Shown in pieces: positions 44,753 through 54,390 of a stretch of DNA of 64,000 nucleotides. How positions within the stretch are numbered: the first letter of the stretch is position 1; every line of letters starts with the position of its first letter. The notes beneath the pieces are model-generated. The model searched no databases. It saw nothing but the letters and a program-made list of their open reading frames with translations, and had not been told where the DNA came from. This DNA is from Armatimonadota bacterium (GTDB lineage Bacteria > Armatimonadota > SYMT01). The stretch covers positions 128,001 through 192,000 of the forward strand of contig JAWLHY010000005.1 of the NCBI GenBank assembly GCA_041690135.1, in the 5' to 3' direction. The position numbers were made by a program, and so were the translations under genes.

Positions 44753-45014
44753 GGGGCACGTGCAAGCCACTGAGCGAATGCGGTTTCTCGACCGGAGGTC
44801 CGTCCGGATCACTCCGGCAGGCCTTATTGACCTGCGTGGAGAAAACAAGCTCGTGGCGAGTAGCCGAATGCTGCTCCGGTACTAATTCCCTCCCCGCAGT
44901 CATTGGTTTAAGGGTGAGCCAGTATCTGATTTGCTAGTTATTTTATATGTCGCCCACGGGCCTTAAGTTTGGAACGATACGGGTTCGGTGCGATTTCAGA
45001 TTGAACTAGAAGGC

Positions 45015-45929
45015 ATGAAGTCCATTTCCCCTCACGAACTTGATAATTTAGATGCCACGGCGGCAGCTCGATTGATGTTGTCCCGTTTCGCCTGGCTCAG
45101 AAGGAAACAATTGCCGCTCTTTGAGTGGCTAAACCTGCAAGCGGACATTTCGCCACGGCCGAACTTCTACTTTCGATGGCACTTGCCACGGATTTTTGCG
45201 ACTCTCGAGTTGCTGGAGACAGTAATTGATCGAGGGAGACGTGAGTCATGTCTCGATATCGCTAGCTACGCACCTTTTGCGGTATGCATGGAGAGATATT
45301 TTTCGGGGCAACTGAATCCGATAAACTGGACACGGACAAGTTTAACTGGTGAGGAGCTAGAACTCCAGGTGAATAATCAGTTAATAAAAATCCCTACGGT
45401 TCCGTTGCGTTTGGACGGGCAGACCCGGTTTCCGTTCGAAGATCGTAGCTTTGATGTCGTGCTGATCACGGAAGTAATCGAGCATCTAGACTCCCATCCT
45501 CAATATACGTTAGCGGAAGCTAACCGGGTTCTACGAGATGGTGGTAGGTTGTTAATCACTACGCCTAACGTAACGAGTTGGAAGAAGCTACTGATGCTCA
45601 GTGCGGGTGATTGGAGCTATGACTCTCCGACATTCGGAGGAGAATGGGGTCACCGATACGAGTACTCCCATTATCATCTCCGGCGTTTACTTCATCGAAG
45701 TGGTTTTGCAGTTGTCAACGACAGTACTAAGGATATCTATTTCGATGACCCTAGAGGTCTTCGCCAGGCGATCCAGTTCTTATTAATCGTCCTAACTAAA
45801 ATTCTGACCGGAAATATCACTCAAGCTGCGAAGATGATGCTCCGGAGTGGGTCAGGTTTACTCTTTTTGGCAGAGAAGCGGGAACACATGGCAGCGTTTC
45901 CGGACCCGGACGACCTAGAACGGATATGA
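45015..45929 (+). CDS. Class I SAM-dependent methyltransferase (Methyltransf_11-like)
   Basis: CLDIAS, FPFEDRSFDVVLITEVIEHL, EANRVLRDGGRLLITTPN; lower GC than the flanks. Confidence 0.85.
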   Translation: MKSISPHELDNLDATAAARLMLSRFAWLRRKQLPLFEWLNLQADISPRPNFYFRWHLPRIFATLELLETVIDRGRRESCLDIASYAPFAVCMERYFSGQLNPINWTRTSLTGEELELQVNNQLIKIPTVPLRLDGQTRFPFEDRSFDVVLITEVIEHLDSHPQYTLAEANRVLRDGGRLLITTPNVTSWKKLLMLSAGDWSYDSPTFGGEWGHRYEYSHYHLRRLLHRSGFAVVNDSTKDIYFDDPRGLRQAIQFLLIVLTKILTGNITQAAKMMLRSGSGLLFLAEKREHMAAFPDPDDLERI

Positions 45930-46037
45930 CTTGGGACATTGAATGTTCAGTTTTTGTGGTGCATCATGAGATTATCCCTGCGGGGACTGCCAGGATGTAT
46001 TGTTCTATGGTGTAGGCGCTGACGGAGGGATCAGTTA

Positions 46038-47171
46038 ATGCGAATCGCCATCGCCTCCAGTGGATTGGGACACATCAGTAGGGGCATAGAGACCTGGGCA
46101 GTTAGCTTGGCAGCGGCCCTTCAAGAGACGACTATGAAGGCGCATCTGTTCCAGGGGTCGGGAACTTCGCAATCTGAGTGGCGGTACACGCTCCCTTGTC
46201 TTCAGCGCTTCGATCCCCGGGCGGCACGCCTGGTGCGCAGTTTCCGCCGCGTTGGCGGCTGGCGCTACGGCTTGGGTTCCGGCTACCAGGTCGAGCAAAC
46301 GACCTTCGCACTCCACCTCTGGAGACGGGTGCGCCGCGACTATGATCTCGTGCACGTCCAGGATCCCTGGCTGGCTTTGCTTCTCGATCGGCTATACCGC
46401 GCAGGCCGCTCGCGACCCCGGGTGGTACTTGCCCACGGGACGGAAGAACCGGTGGAAGTACTCAAGAAATACAGCTATCTCCAGCACCTCGCGCCGTGCT
46501 ATCTGGACGAATGGGAGCCGCACCGGCCGGACTCGCAGCGGGCCTTCGCCATCCCCAACTTTGTGGACGTAGAACAGTACGCGCCGGGAGACCGGCAGGA
46601 GGCTCGCCGCCGGTTCGGCATCGCTCCGGATGTCCTGACGGTAGTCTGCGTCGCCGCGGTGAAACGCACCCACAAGCGGATCGACTACCTGCTTCGGGAG
46701 TTCTCGGAGTTCACCCGTCGTTCCACAGCGCCCTGCCTGCTGCTAGTGGCCGGTGCTCGGGAAGCAGAGACGGATGAGATGATGGCGTTGGGGCGGGAAC
46801 TGTTGGGCGACCGCGTCCGATTCCTTCTCAACGTCCCTCGTGAGGATATCCCCTCGCTGCTCCGGTGCGCGGATCTCTTCGCACTTGCCTCGCGGCACGA
46901 GATGATGCCGATTGCCGTGCTGGAGGCGCTGGCGGCCGGATTGCCGGTGATCTGCAACGACACGCCCGTACTGCGGTGGATGGTGGGAAAAGCCGGAATT
47001 CCGGGCGACCTTACCCGCGAGGGGGGAATCGTGTCCTCACTCCAGTGCCTTCAGATCGCCGAACAGCGTGACCGGTACGCCACATGCGCCAGGCGCCAGG
47101 TGGAAAGTCTCTTTTCCAGGCGCGTGGTTCTTGACCAGATCCTGGGCATGTACGAGCGGGTGGTAACCTGA
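46038..47171 (+). CDS. Glycosyltransferase family 4
   Basis: IPNFVD, KRID.L, DLFALAS..EMMPIAVLEALAAGLPVI. Confidence 0.9.
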   Translation: MRIAIASSGLGHISRGIETWAVSLAAALQETTMKAHLFQGSGTSQSEWRYTLPCLQRFDPRAARLVRSFRRVGGWRYGLGSGYQVEQTTFALHLWRRVRRDYDLVHVQDPWLALLLDRLYRAGRSRPRVVLAHGTEEPVEVLKKYSYLQHLAPCYLDEWEPHRPDSQRAFAIPNFVDVEQYAPGDRQEARRRFGIAPDVLTVVCVAAVKRTHKRIDYLLREFSEFTRRSTAPCLLLVAGAREAETDEMMALGRELLGDRVRFLLNVPREDIPSLLRCADLFALASRHEMMPIAVLEALAAGLPVICNDTPVLRWMVGKAGIPGDLTREGGIVSSLQCLQIAEQRDRYATCARRQVESLFSRRVVLDQILGMYERVVT

Positions 47172-47289
47172 GCGCATTACTTCCGGGTTCGACCACTCTA
47201 GATTTCCAGGGTCCGCGTGTAGTGCTCGAAACTTCTCACACTGCAGTGACAGTACGGAACGGCCTCGACCGGACCGTAGCGTGAGACCT

Positions 47290-47541
47290 ATGCGAATCCT
47301 GGTCGTGACCAACCTCTATCCCCTCTATCACCTGGGGGGATGCGGGATGATCTGCTACCGTATTTGCCGGCTCCTGGCTAAACGGGGACACCAGATCCAC
47401 GTCATCACTTCCGATCCCGGAGACCTGCGCGCGAGTGGGATGGTGGCGGAGACGGCGGCTACGACGCACTCTTCGTTCCTGCACGACCGGGCGATAGTGA
47501 GCACCTACATGTGTGCCCGCCGCCGCATCAACAGTGGGTGA
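47290..47541 (+). pseudogene. N-terminal fragment of a GT4 glycosyltransferase
   Basis: MRILVVTNLYPLYHLGG....C..I...LAKRGHQIHVITS matches a GT4 N-terminus but stops after ~83 codons; no catalytic C-domain follows. Confidence 0.65.
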
Positions 47542-47544
47542 TGG

Positions 47545-48453
47545 ATGAGTCAGCTTCCCCGTTTCTCCGTAATCATCCCCGCCTTCAATTCCGCCGCGTG
47601 TGTCGGAAGAGCCATCGAAAGTGCGCTCACGCAGAGCCACGCCCCCTTTGAGATCCTCGTGGTAGACGACGGGTCTATCGATGCCACAGCCGAGGTTGCT
47701 GAGAGCTACGGACAGCCCGTACGAGTGTTGCGCCAGGCGAATGGCGGACCGGCCGCCGCTCGGAACGCGGGAGCCGCTGTTGCGAAGGGAGATTGGCTTG
47801 CCTTCCTGGATGCGGACGACGCGTGGCTCCCGGGCAAGCTGGCGGCGCAAGCACCCCTTACGGACGGAGCGCGGGTGGGCGTGGTGCACGCACGAGCCGG
47901 GCAGGATGTCACCTGGGACTACGTCATCAGTTTCGATACGCTCTGGCGGAGAAACCAGCTCATCAACTCGGCGACGGTCGTCCGCAAGAGCGCGTTCACC
48001 GAGGTGGGCGGATTCGACGAGGATCGCACGCTGATCTCGGTGGAAGATTATAACCTTTGGCTTCGGCTGGCCGCGGCGGGTTGGGAATTTCGCACCTGCC
48101 CCCAGGACTGGATCGAGTACACTCCGGCGCCGAACAGCCTCTCGCAGCAGGTAGAGAGATTTGCCCGTGCGGAGTTGGCAAACGCAGAGAAACTGGCTCG
48201 CCAATTGCGACTGTCGGAGGAAAAGCTACAGACAAAGCGCTTGAACATCCTCGACGCTTACGGTCGCGAGCTCCTTCTCATCGGTGAAGCACAGGCTGCT
48301 CGGGTCCATCTTGCCACCGCGCTACGCCTCCGCCCTTCCGTGCGGAGGGCGGCATGGAGTATTGCCTCTTGCTTGCCGAGAGGTTTGGCGGTCGCGGGGC
48401 TTCGAGGGCTACAGTGCCTCGCTCATCCTAGGACGGAAGGCACAAAACGTTGA
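47545..48453 (+). CDS. Glycosyltransferase family 2
   Basis: FSVIIPAFN, VVDDGS.D, NGGPAAARNAG, AFLDADDAW.P.KL, EDYNLWLRL. Confidence 0.92.
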   Translation: MSQLPRFSVIIPAFNSAACVGRAIESALTQSHAPFEILVVDDGSIDATAEVAESYGQPVRVLRQANGGPAAARNAGAAVAKGDWLAFLDADDAWLPGKLAAQAPLTDGARVGVVHARAGQDVTWDYVISFDTLWRRNQLINSATVVRKSAFTEVGGFDEDRTLISVEDYNLWLRLAAAGWEFRTCPQDWIEYTPAPNSLSQQVERFARAELANAEKLARQLRLSEEKLQTKRLNILDAYGRELLLIGEAQAARVHLATALRLRPSVRRAAWSIASCLPRGLAVAGLRGLQCLAHPRTEGTKR

Positions 48454-49264
48454 TGTAGTCTTCACCGTCCGGCAGTCGTTTTAAAGGAACGAGCTTGTTG
48501 CGGTGGATTTCCTGGATGTCGTAGCGGCATTCACGCAAGTGATCCACTACCTGCCGGGGACTGGAGCCCTGGGCTGCCAGTGCCGGAGGGTTGATTTCGA
48601 TGGCCAGAACCGGACGGTATTCCCTGAGGGTCGAAGCTCCTCCCTGAAGCACTCGCTCCTCAAACCCCTCGACATCAAGTTTGATGCAGTCAACGCGGTT
48701 GAGGCCCACGGTAGAGACGAATTTGTCCAGTGTTGTGGTTTCGATCCGAATACCCTCCCCGGAATCGGTGATGCGCGAAGCACCGGAATTCCGGACGTCG
48801 TCGGCAAGGGTGGCGGCGCCGTCATCACTTGACAGGGCAACACAATGCGGGTGGACAATCGACTTCATGGAGTTCAATGATACATTGCGTTGAAGGCGCG
48901 CGAATGTGCCAGGATTTGGCTCAAATGAGTGAACCGTGCACTGCCGGCCCAGGGAGTCGGCCAATACGAGCGAGTAGTAACCGAAGTTGCTGCCCACGTC
49001 CAGAAAGGTTCCGTTTTCGGGAAGGTGCCGGATGAGATGGTGGATCTCCCACATGTCCTTAGATCCGTACCAGTACAAGTCAGCCTGCACGTAATCGGCT
49101 GGATTGAGGAGCCAACGAAGACCGCGGCGCTCAACGATCTGGTCTCCTTCGGGGTGAATGTTGAACAGCCGTCGGAGTTGACTGTGAACCCACCACTTAC
49201 CGCGGTGGTTTGGGACAGATACGCCGTACTTGAGTAGAGCTTGGTGGGCCAGTGTGCTTTCCAC
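48428..49264 (-). CDS. FkbM family methyltransferase
   Basis: FLDVGSNFGYYS, SFEPNP, IKLDVEGFE..VL.G, P.LAIEI. Confidence 0.92.
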   Translation of the reverse strand: MESTLAHQALLKYGVSVPNHRGKWWVHSQLRRLFNIHPEGDQIVERRGLRWLLNPADYVQADLYWYGSKDMWEIHHLIRHLPENGTFLDVGSNFGYYSLVLADSLGRQCTVHSFEPNPGTFARLQRNVSLNSMKSIVHPHCVALSSDDGAATLADDVRNSGASRITDSGEGIRIETTTLDKFVSTVGLNRVDCIKLDVEGFEERVLQGGASTLREYRPVLAIEINPPALAAQGSSPRQVVDHLRECRYDIQEIHRNKLVPLKRLPDGEDYINVLCLPS

Positions 49265-49402
49265 GGGGGCGCAGTTCCTGGTTGTCGCCTGTTGTGTTTA
49301 CAGAGTTAACTGTCCGTTCGCATATCCGGCGGAATCTCCTCCCCCGTGCAGCTCTTCACCACGAGGAGGGGATCACAATTATCCGATGTGAGGAGAATAC
49401 CG

Positions 49403-50494
49403 ATGAAAGCCCTCATCGCCGCCGACCTCGTGCCAAATAAGGTCGGCTCCCTGGAGAGCCAGATCTTCGGGGTGGGCAAGCACCTGAAGTCGCTAGGGGT
49501 CGAGCCATATTACGCTTTCACGGGGGAACTGACGAGCCCGGTGCGGAAGCACTTCCATGTGGACGACGAGCACGTCTATCAGAACCTCGGCGGGCTTAGC
49601 AACGCTGCGGCGCTCGGTCCATGGCTGGAGGTTTTCGCCAAGGTCCGCCCCGACTTCCTTTGGACGCTCTTTTTTCCCACCGTAGGAAAGACTCTGCTGC
49701 AGATCCGACGCACGTGCCCGCGTGCGCGAATCATTATCGGGGATCATGTTTCACGGGGCTTCCCGGATCGCTCTGTCGTCAAGAGATGTTACTGTGCCTT
49801 GCGTGGTCACTGGAGTGGTCGCCAGGTGGACGGCTACCTGGCGGTGTCACAGTATGTGGCTCGCCGCTTGGTGGAGGTGGATCGAATACCTGTCTCTAAA
49901 GTCCAAATGGTTTATAACGGAGTGGACCTTAACGCTTTTAGGCCGACTGACCTTTCACCCCAGTACTTGACCGCTATTTGCCACATGCGTGCGGAGAAGG
50001 GGATGCCTACCCTTCTAGCGGCATTACGGCAATTGAAATCGCGCGGACTGGAGCCGGAGTGCCGGATGGTAGGCGAAGGACCAGAATTGGAAAGCTATAT
50101 CCAGTACTGTGGAACTCACGGATTGAAGCAGGTCACATTCCTCGGGCGCCGGAATGATGTGGCGGAACTCTTGCGCCAAGCGCTGGTGACTGTAGTCCCT
50201 TCCTCCTGGTACGAGGCTTTTGGCCTCGCAGCTGCGGAATCTTTGGCCACAGGCGTGCCTGTCATTGCATCCAACATCGCGGCCCTCCCCGAGGTTGTTA
50301 CCCCAGAATGCGGACTGTTGGTACCGCCGGAGGATCCGGTGGCGCTTGCAGATGCCCTGACCCAACTTATTGCAAACCCGGATACGCGCGTGGCAATGGG
50401 ACGCGCCGGTCGCCAGCGGGCGGAAGCACTCTTCGATCTAGACGCTCGCTGCCTGGATATCGCCCGCTGTCTCTTGGGTGCCGTTGAGCACTGA
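49403..50494 (+). CDS. Glycosyltransferase family 4
   Basis: GAGGAG RBS; AVSQYV, VYNGVD, EKG...L, VPSSWYEAFGL.AAESLA.GVPVIAS. Confidence 0.9.
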   Translation: MKALIAADLVPNKVGSLESQIFGVGKHLKSLGVEPYYAFTGELTSPVRKHFHVDDEHVYQNLGGLSNAAALGPWLEVFAKVRPDFLWTLFFPTVGKTLLQIRRTCPRARIIIGDHVSRGFPDRSVVKRCYCALRGHWSGRQVDGYLAVSQYVARRLVEVDRIPVSKVQMVYNGVDLNAFRPTDLSPQYLTAICHMRAEKGMPTLLAALRQLKSRGLEPECRMVGEGPELESYIQYCGTHGLKQVTFLGRRNDVAELLRQALVTVVPSSWYEAFGLAAAESLATGVPVIASNIAALPEVVTPECGLLVPPEDPVALADALTQLIANPDTRVAMGRAGRQRAEALFDLDARCLDIARCLLGAVEH

Positions 50495-50533
50495 CAGATA
50501 GACCAAATCCGTGTCTGCTGTCTTAGGACTTGC

Positions 50534-51499
50534 ATGTTGATGGTGAGACGAGAGACACCAATACTTGTCGCCGGATCCGGACGCAGTGGTACAACCTGGA
50601 TCGGAGATACGCTCGCAACCGCGGCTGATGCATCGCCTATCTTTGAGCCGCTGCATCCACAAGGGCCCGAGTGGCCAACCCTGCCCCCGTTGGTAAGATC
50701 TGAAAGCCTGAGGCTGCCGGGTGTCTACCTGCGCGCCACCGACCGCCACCCGGCTTGGGGCGATTTCTGGGCCAAGGTGTTCACCGGCACCCTGACCAAC
50801 GCTTGGACCCGGCAGGACTGGCGCCGCATCCCGGAGGTGATTCGGCTGACCCCTTTCCTCAACAGGTGGGTATTCCGCGGCGTGGGCCTCATCTCTCGAA
50901 GGGCGATGAGATCGAGATCCCGTACTTTAGTTAAGGAAATCCATGGGAATCTGCAACTTCCCTGGATCACGCGCAATCTTGAGGTACGAGTCGTCTACAT
51001 CATCCGACACCCTTGCGCGGTTGTGTCTTCGCGGCTCCGTCTCAAGTGGCCGGACACACTAGAAGGTATTCTGCGGCAGCCCATGCTCATGGAAGACTGG
51101 CTCAATCCTTTTACGGACTTGATCGAGGGTGCTTCTACTCCTGTAGAGCGTATGGCAGTTCTCTGGTGTGTCGAAAACTTGATCCCCATTAGGAACTGGC
51201 ATCCGCAGTGGCTGTTAGTCAGCCATGAAGAACTTACGCTTTCTCCGTCACAAGGCTACCAACGGCTCTTTTCGGCTCTCAATCTCCAGCATACCGAGGA
51301 GGCGGAAGTCGTCTCAGCACGGCTTTGTAGTACGCCAGGTCCTAAGGCTGGCAAGATAACACGTTGGTGCTCGGGCCTCTCGCAGGATGATGCGGAGTGC
51401 GTACTTCGCATTTGTGAGAAGTTCGGACTCGATTTCTACCGGCGCCAGGCTGTTCCCGACCTTGACCGCCTCAAGGCGATACTGGCAGACACCGTGTAG
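50534..51499 (+). CDS. PAPS-dependent sulfotransferase
   Basis: 5'-PSB loop ILVAGSGRSGTTWI, FEP, LVKE, 3'-PB motif IIRHPCAVVSS. Confidence 0.85.
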   Translation: MLMVRRETPILVAGSGRSGTTWIGDTLATAADASPIFEPLHPQGPEWPTLPPLVRSESLRLPGVYLRATDRHPAWGDFWAKVFTGTLTNAWTRQDWRRIPEVIRLTPFLNRWVFRGVGLISRRAMRSRSRTLVKEIHGNLQLPWITRNLEVRVVYIIRHPCAVVSSRLRLKWPDTLEGILRQPMLMEDWLNPFTDLIEGASTPVERMAVLWCVENLIPIRNWHPQWLLVSHEELTLSPSQGYQRLFSALNLQHTEEAEVVSARLCSTPGPKAGKITRWCSGLSQDDAECVLRICEKFGLDFYRRQAVPDLDRLKAILADTV

Positions 51500-51527
51500 G
51501 TGCAGCCTCCGGCAGTGATGCGTTGCG

Positions 51528-52658
51528 TTACTTGAAGATCTGCGCCACCTGAACGACTTCCAGATCGGCTCCCTTGACGCGCTTCAATTCCGCCAAGGTG
51601 TCCGTTTTCCATCTCGGATCCGGAGCCCCCTGGACGAAGAACGGCTTGCCGTTGTCTGCCAGGATCATTCCGTACTTCTTGAGAGCCTTCAAGATCACCT
51701 GACATTCGGGAGAAAACCCGGCGATGTCATAAGACGACTTGAGCCGGACGCGGATGCCCATGGGTGGGAGCGTAGGGTCAGTATTGCGGCTGGCGTAGTG
51801 GCTGGCAGGAGGTGCATAGGCGCGCTGCGTTTGCGGCGCGGTAAATCGCAGAGCATGGCGGATTTCCTTCTGGACGTGGACTTCCTCCCATTTAACGAGT
51901 GCGGGGAAGATGGGCAAGCCGGCAGCGTCCGCCGAGGTCCAGCCGCGCGGTCGGTTGGGGTGGGCGTTGAGATCGTAGACGGCGCCGCTCAGGGCCGTCC
52001 AGCGCTTCCCCTGTTTGCGGAGCGCCATCAACTCAAAGAGCCGCCAGTTATCCCGGTCGAGGACCAGAAGGTGACGGTCACCTTCCGGATGCGGATTAGG
52101 ATACCCCTCGATGGGAGGGTTGGGGGGGATCGGATAGAGTTCGTGATCGCTTTCGTCTGCGTACTGGAACATTACCGGCGATCTCGGCGTGGAACCTGAA
52201 ACGACAATATAGGGAATGCCGATAAAGCTACCCTGGTACTCGGGTCCGAAGTCGGGGTGGAGATTCTTGTCGTAACCGATGCTGCTGATGTAGGCCTTGG
52301 AATTATCGTCCACTGGAATGTGGTCGATGGGGGTATTCCAATAGTTGTCATCGGGGAACGGGCGCCATCCACCCAGAGAGGCGTTAGTGCCAAGCTTCAC
52401 TCCGTGGTAGCGGTCGTCACCCGCCGACGAGGGTCCACCGGAAAACGCAGTGACCACCCGCGGCATCTGCCTAGCCTGTGGTTTGGCTGTGGGAGACGCG
52501 GATTTTACGGGAAGTGGCTTTTTGGCAGCCGTGACTGCGGCGGCCGGCTGGGCCAGCAAATGAGGCTGCATCTCCACCGCACGTGTGGCAACGGCAGCAG
52601 CGCCGCCAGCCAGGAACGCGACGGTCGCGATGCCCGCACCAATCTTCATATTTTTCAT
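51528..52658 (-). CDS. Conserved secreted hypothetical protein
   Basis: Signal peptide; FP.DN.WNTPID..PVD.NS, LHPDFG, GIPY.VV, SD...YPIP...PIEG, GDRH.LV.D, WTSADAAGLPI, IRHALRFT, LKKYGMILADNG. Confidence 0.75.
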   Translation of the reverse strand: MKNMKIGAGIATVAFLAGGAAAVATRAVEMQPHLLAQPAAAVTAAKKPLPVKSASPTAKPQARQMPRVVTAFSGGPSSAGDDRYHGVKLGTNASLGGWRPFPDDNYWNTPIDHIPVDDNSKAYISSIGYDKNLHPDFGPEYQGSFIGIPYIVVSGSTPRSPVMFQYADESDHELYPIPPNPPIEGYPNPHPEGDRHLLVLDRDNWRLFELMALRKQGKRWTALSGAVYDLNAHPNRPRGWTSADAAGLPIFPALVKWEEVHVQKEIRHALRFTAPQTQRAYAPPASHYASRNTDPTLPPMGIRVRLKSSYDIAGFSPECQVILKALKKYGMILADNGKPFFVQGAPDPRWKTDTLAELKRVKGADLEVVQVAQIFK

Positions 52659-52836
52659 CGGAGTTCATCCTTATCCCGGATCCTGGTTGATCCGCGAGAT
52701 TGCGAAGCCGGAAGCATGGCCTTCCGACGGTCGTCTCCTAATTGACAAGAGAGCCAAACGCTCCGACGACATTCGCCAGCTTGCTTGACACTCCACTGTT
52801 TCCTAGATCAGATCGTCGCCGCCGGTGGACACAGGC

Positions 52837-54336
52837 TCAGTTGCTCGACACGGGCTGTGCTAGTCGGCGGTAGCGGACCGGCAAGGTGTCCCGGACGAAG
52901 ACTAGCCACTTCCGGCTGGCGTCCGGTTGCAGTAACGGCGCCAATGCCAGGAAGGCAGTGACGGACAGCAACCCGGCCACCAGAAAGCCCTCGGGAGACC
53001 TGGCGAACCGGTGGACGATAGCACTCGCAACAAGGGATCCAGCCAGGGCATGCACCGCAGGTCTGAGCAGCAAAGAAAGAAGCGCAAGCCGTAGAGTCTT
53101 ACGCGATTTCAGATGGCAGTACACCGCAACGGCCAGCACTTGCGCGGGGAGAGCCAAAGCTGCTCCCACGTAGCCCCAGGCTAGGGTTCCCAGGACACCG
53201 ACACCCCATTGCGCAACAAATCCGACGAGAGCGCAGCGGTAGAGCACCTTCGCGTTCGCGAGGGACTCGAGGGCGTTCTGCAGTGGACCCCGGAGAGGAA
53301 CCGCTAGCAATGCCAAGCAGAGGATCCAGAAGGCCGGTAGCGCGGGAAGCCATTTGGGTCCATAGATGTAGCGGATCGCGGGTTCGGCCAGCGCAAGCAT
53401 CAGGCCGGTCAGGGGAAAGAGGGCCGAGGCGAGTAGCATTATACTTGCTGACACGGCACCCCGGAGGTCGCCACTGTCGCGATTGACCTTCGCGTACCAA
53501 GGGAACGCAACCCGGTCGAACATCGACACGACCTCCATCGGCTTGGAGGCGGAACTCTTAGCCCAGGTGAGATATCCGAGCGCCAAAGGACCACAGAGTG
53601 TGCCGACAAGCAGTGGGTAGAATTGCTCCCGTAGGGCATTGGAGATCGCGCTTGTTTGAAAAGCCAGGGAGACAGGAATCGCAGATTGGAATTCCACCAG
53701 GTCTATACCAGGTCGCAGCCGCCAAGGATGGAGGATCCACAAACCCACGGTACCCGACAGCGTGCGGAGCAGAGCGGCGATCCCCAGTGCCCACACTCCT
53801 AGTCCCCGCCAGGCGAGGAGCAGAGCGCTAAGGGAGAACACCACCGTCTGCAGGAACTCAACCGCCGCCACCTCGCGGAAACGCAGCTCGCGTTCCAGCA
53901 ATGCGTAGGGAACGCCCGCCAGCGAGTTGATCACCACCCCCGCAGCCATCAGACGAACCAGCCAGATGTGATTGCTTTGCAGTTCCGGGTAAAGCCGCGG
54001 CAGAAGTGGAGCAGCCACCCATATTGTTGCGGCGGCAGCCAGAGATAGGCAGAAATAAGTGGTAAACAGGGTGCGGAGAAGCGACTCGCTTGGGGTGTTC
54101 GGGTCTCGCATGATCGGCGCAGCTTGGCCTGCGTTGCCGGCGAAGCTCAACACAGCCAGCACCGAGCAGCAGATTGCAAAGATGCCGAACTCATAGGGAC
54201 CTAGAGTACGGGCGATGAGGATGGAGTAGAAGAAGCCGAGGAACTGACCGGCAACTTGCCGGATGCCGAACGCACGGATTCCCTGCTTGACTTCGGTGGT
54301 AGTCGCGTCCTGTTGAATGGTGGGTGTTTCGTCCAC
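52837..54336 (-). CDS. wzx: Polysaccharide flippase (Wzx/PST family)
   Basis: Multi-pass membrane protein; ILIARTLGPYEFG.FA, LLERELRF..VA..E, GLGVWAL, RVAFP.YA. Confidence 0.88.
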   Translation of the reverse strand: MDETPTIQQDATTTEVKQGIRAFGIRQVAGQFLGFFYSILIARTLGPYEFGIFAICCSVLAVLSFAGNAGQAAPIMRDPNTPSESLLRTLFTTYFCLSLAAAATIWVAAPLLPRLYPELQSNHIWLVRLMAAGVVINSLAGVPYALLERELRFREVAAVEFLQTVVFSLSALLLAWRGLGVWALGIAALLRTLSGTVGLWILHPWRLRPGIDLVEFQSAIPVSLAFQTSAISNALREQFYPLLVGTLCGPLALGYLTWAKSSASKPMEVVSMFDRVAFPWYAKVNRDSGDLRGAVSASIMLLASALFPLTGLMLALAEPAIRYIYGPKWLPALPAFWILCLALLAVPLRGPLQNALESLANAKVLYRCALVGFVAQWGVGVLGTLAWGYVGAALALPAQVLAVAVYCHLKSRKTLRLALLSLLLRPAVHALAGSLVASAIVHRFARSPEGFLVAGLLSVTAFLALAPLLQPDASRKWLVFVRDTLPVRYRRLAQPVSSN

Positions 54337-54390
54337 GAGGCGTTCGGATACTCAAAGAGTCGGTGGTGGCTGGTAGCCCCACCGTGGGCC

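Noticed and set aside
47539-47541. Selenocysteine recoding of the in-frame TGA
   Set aside because: No redox motif context or evident SECIS hairpin, and glycosyltransferases are not known selenoproteins.
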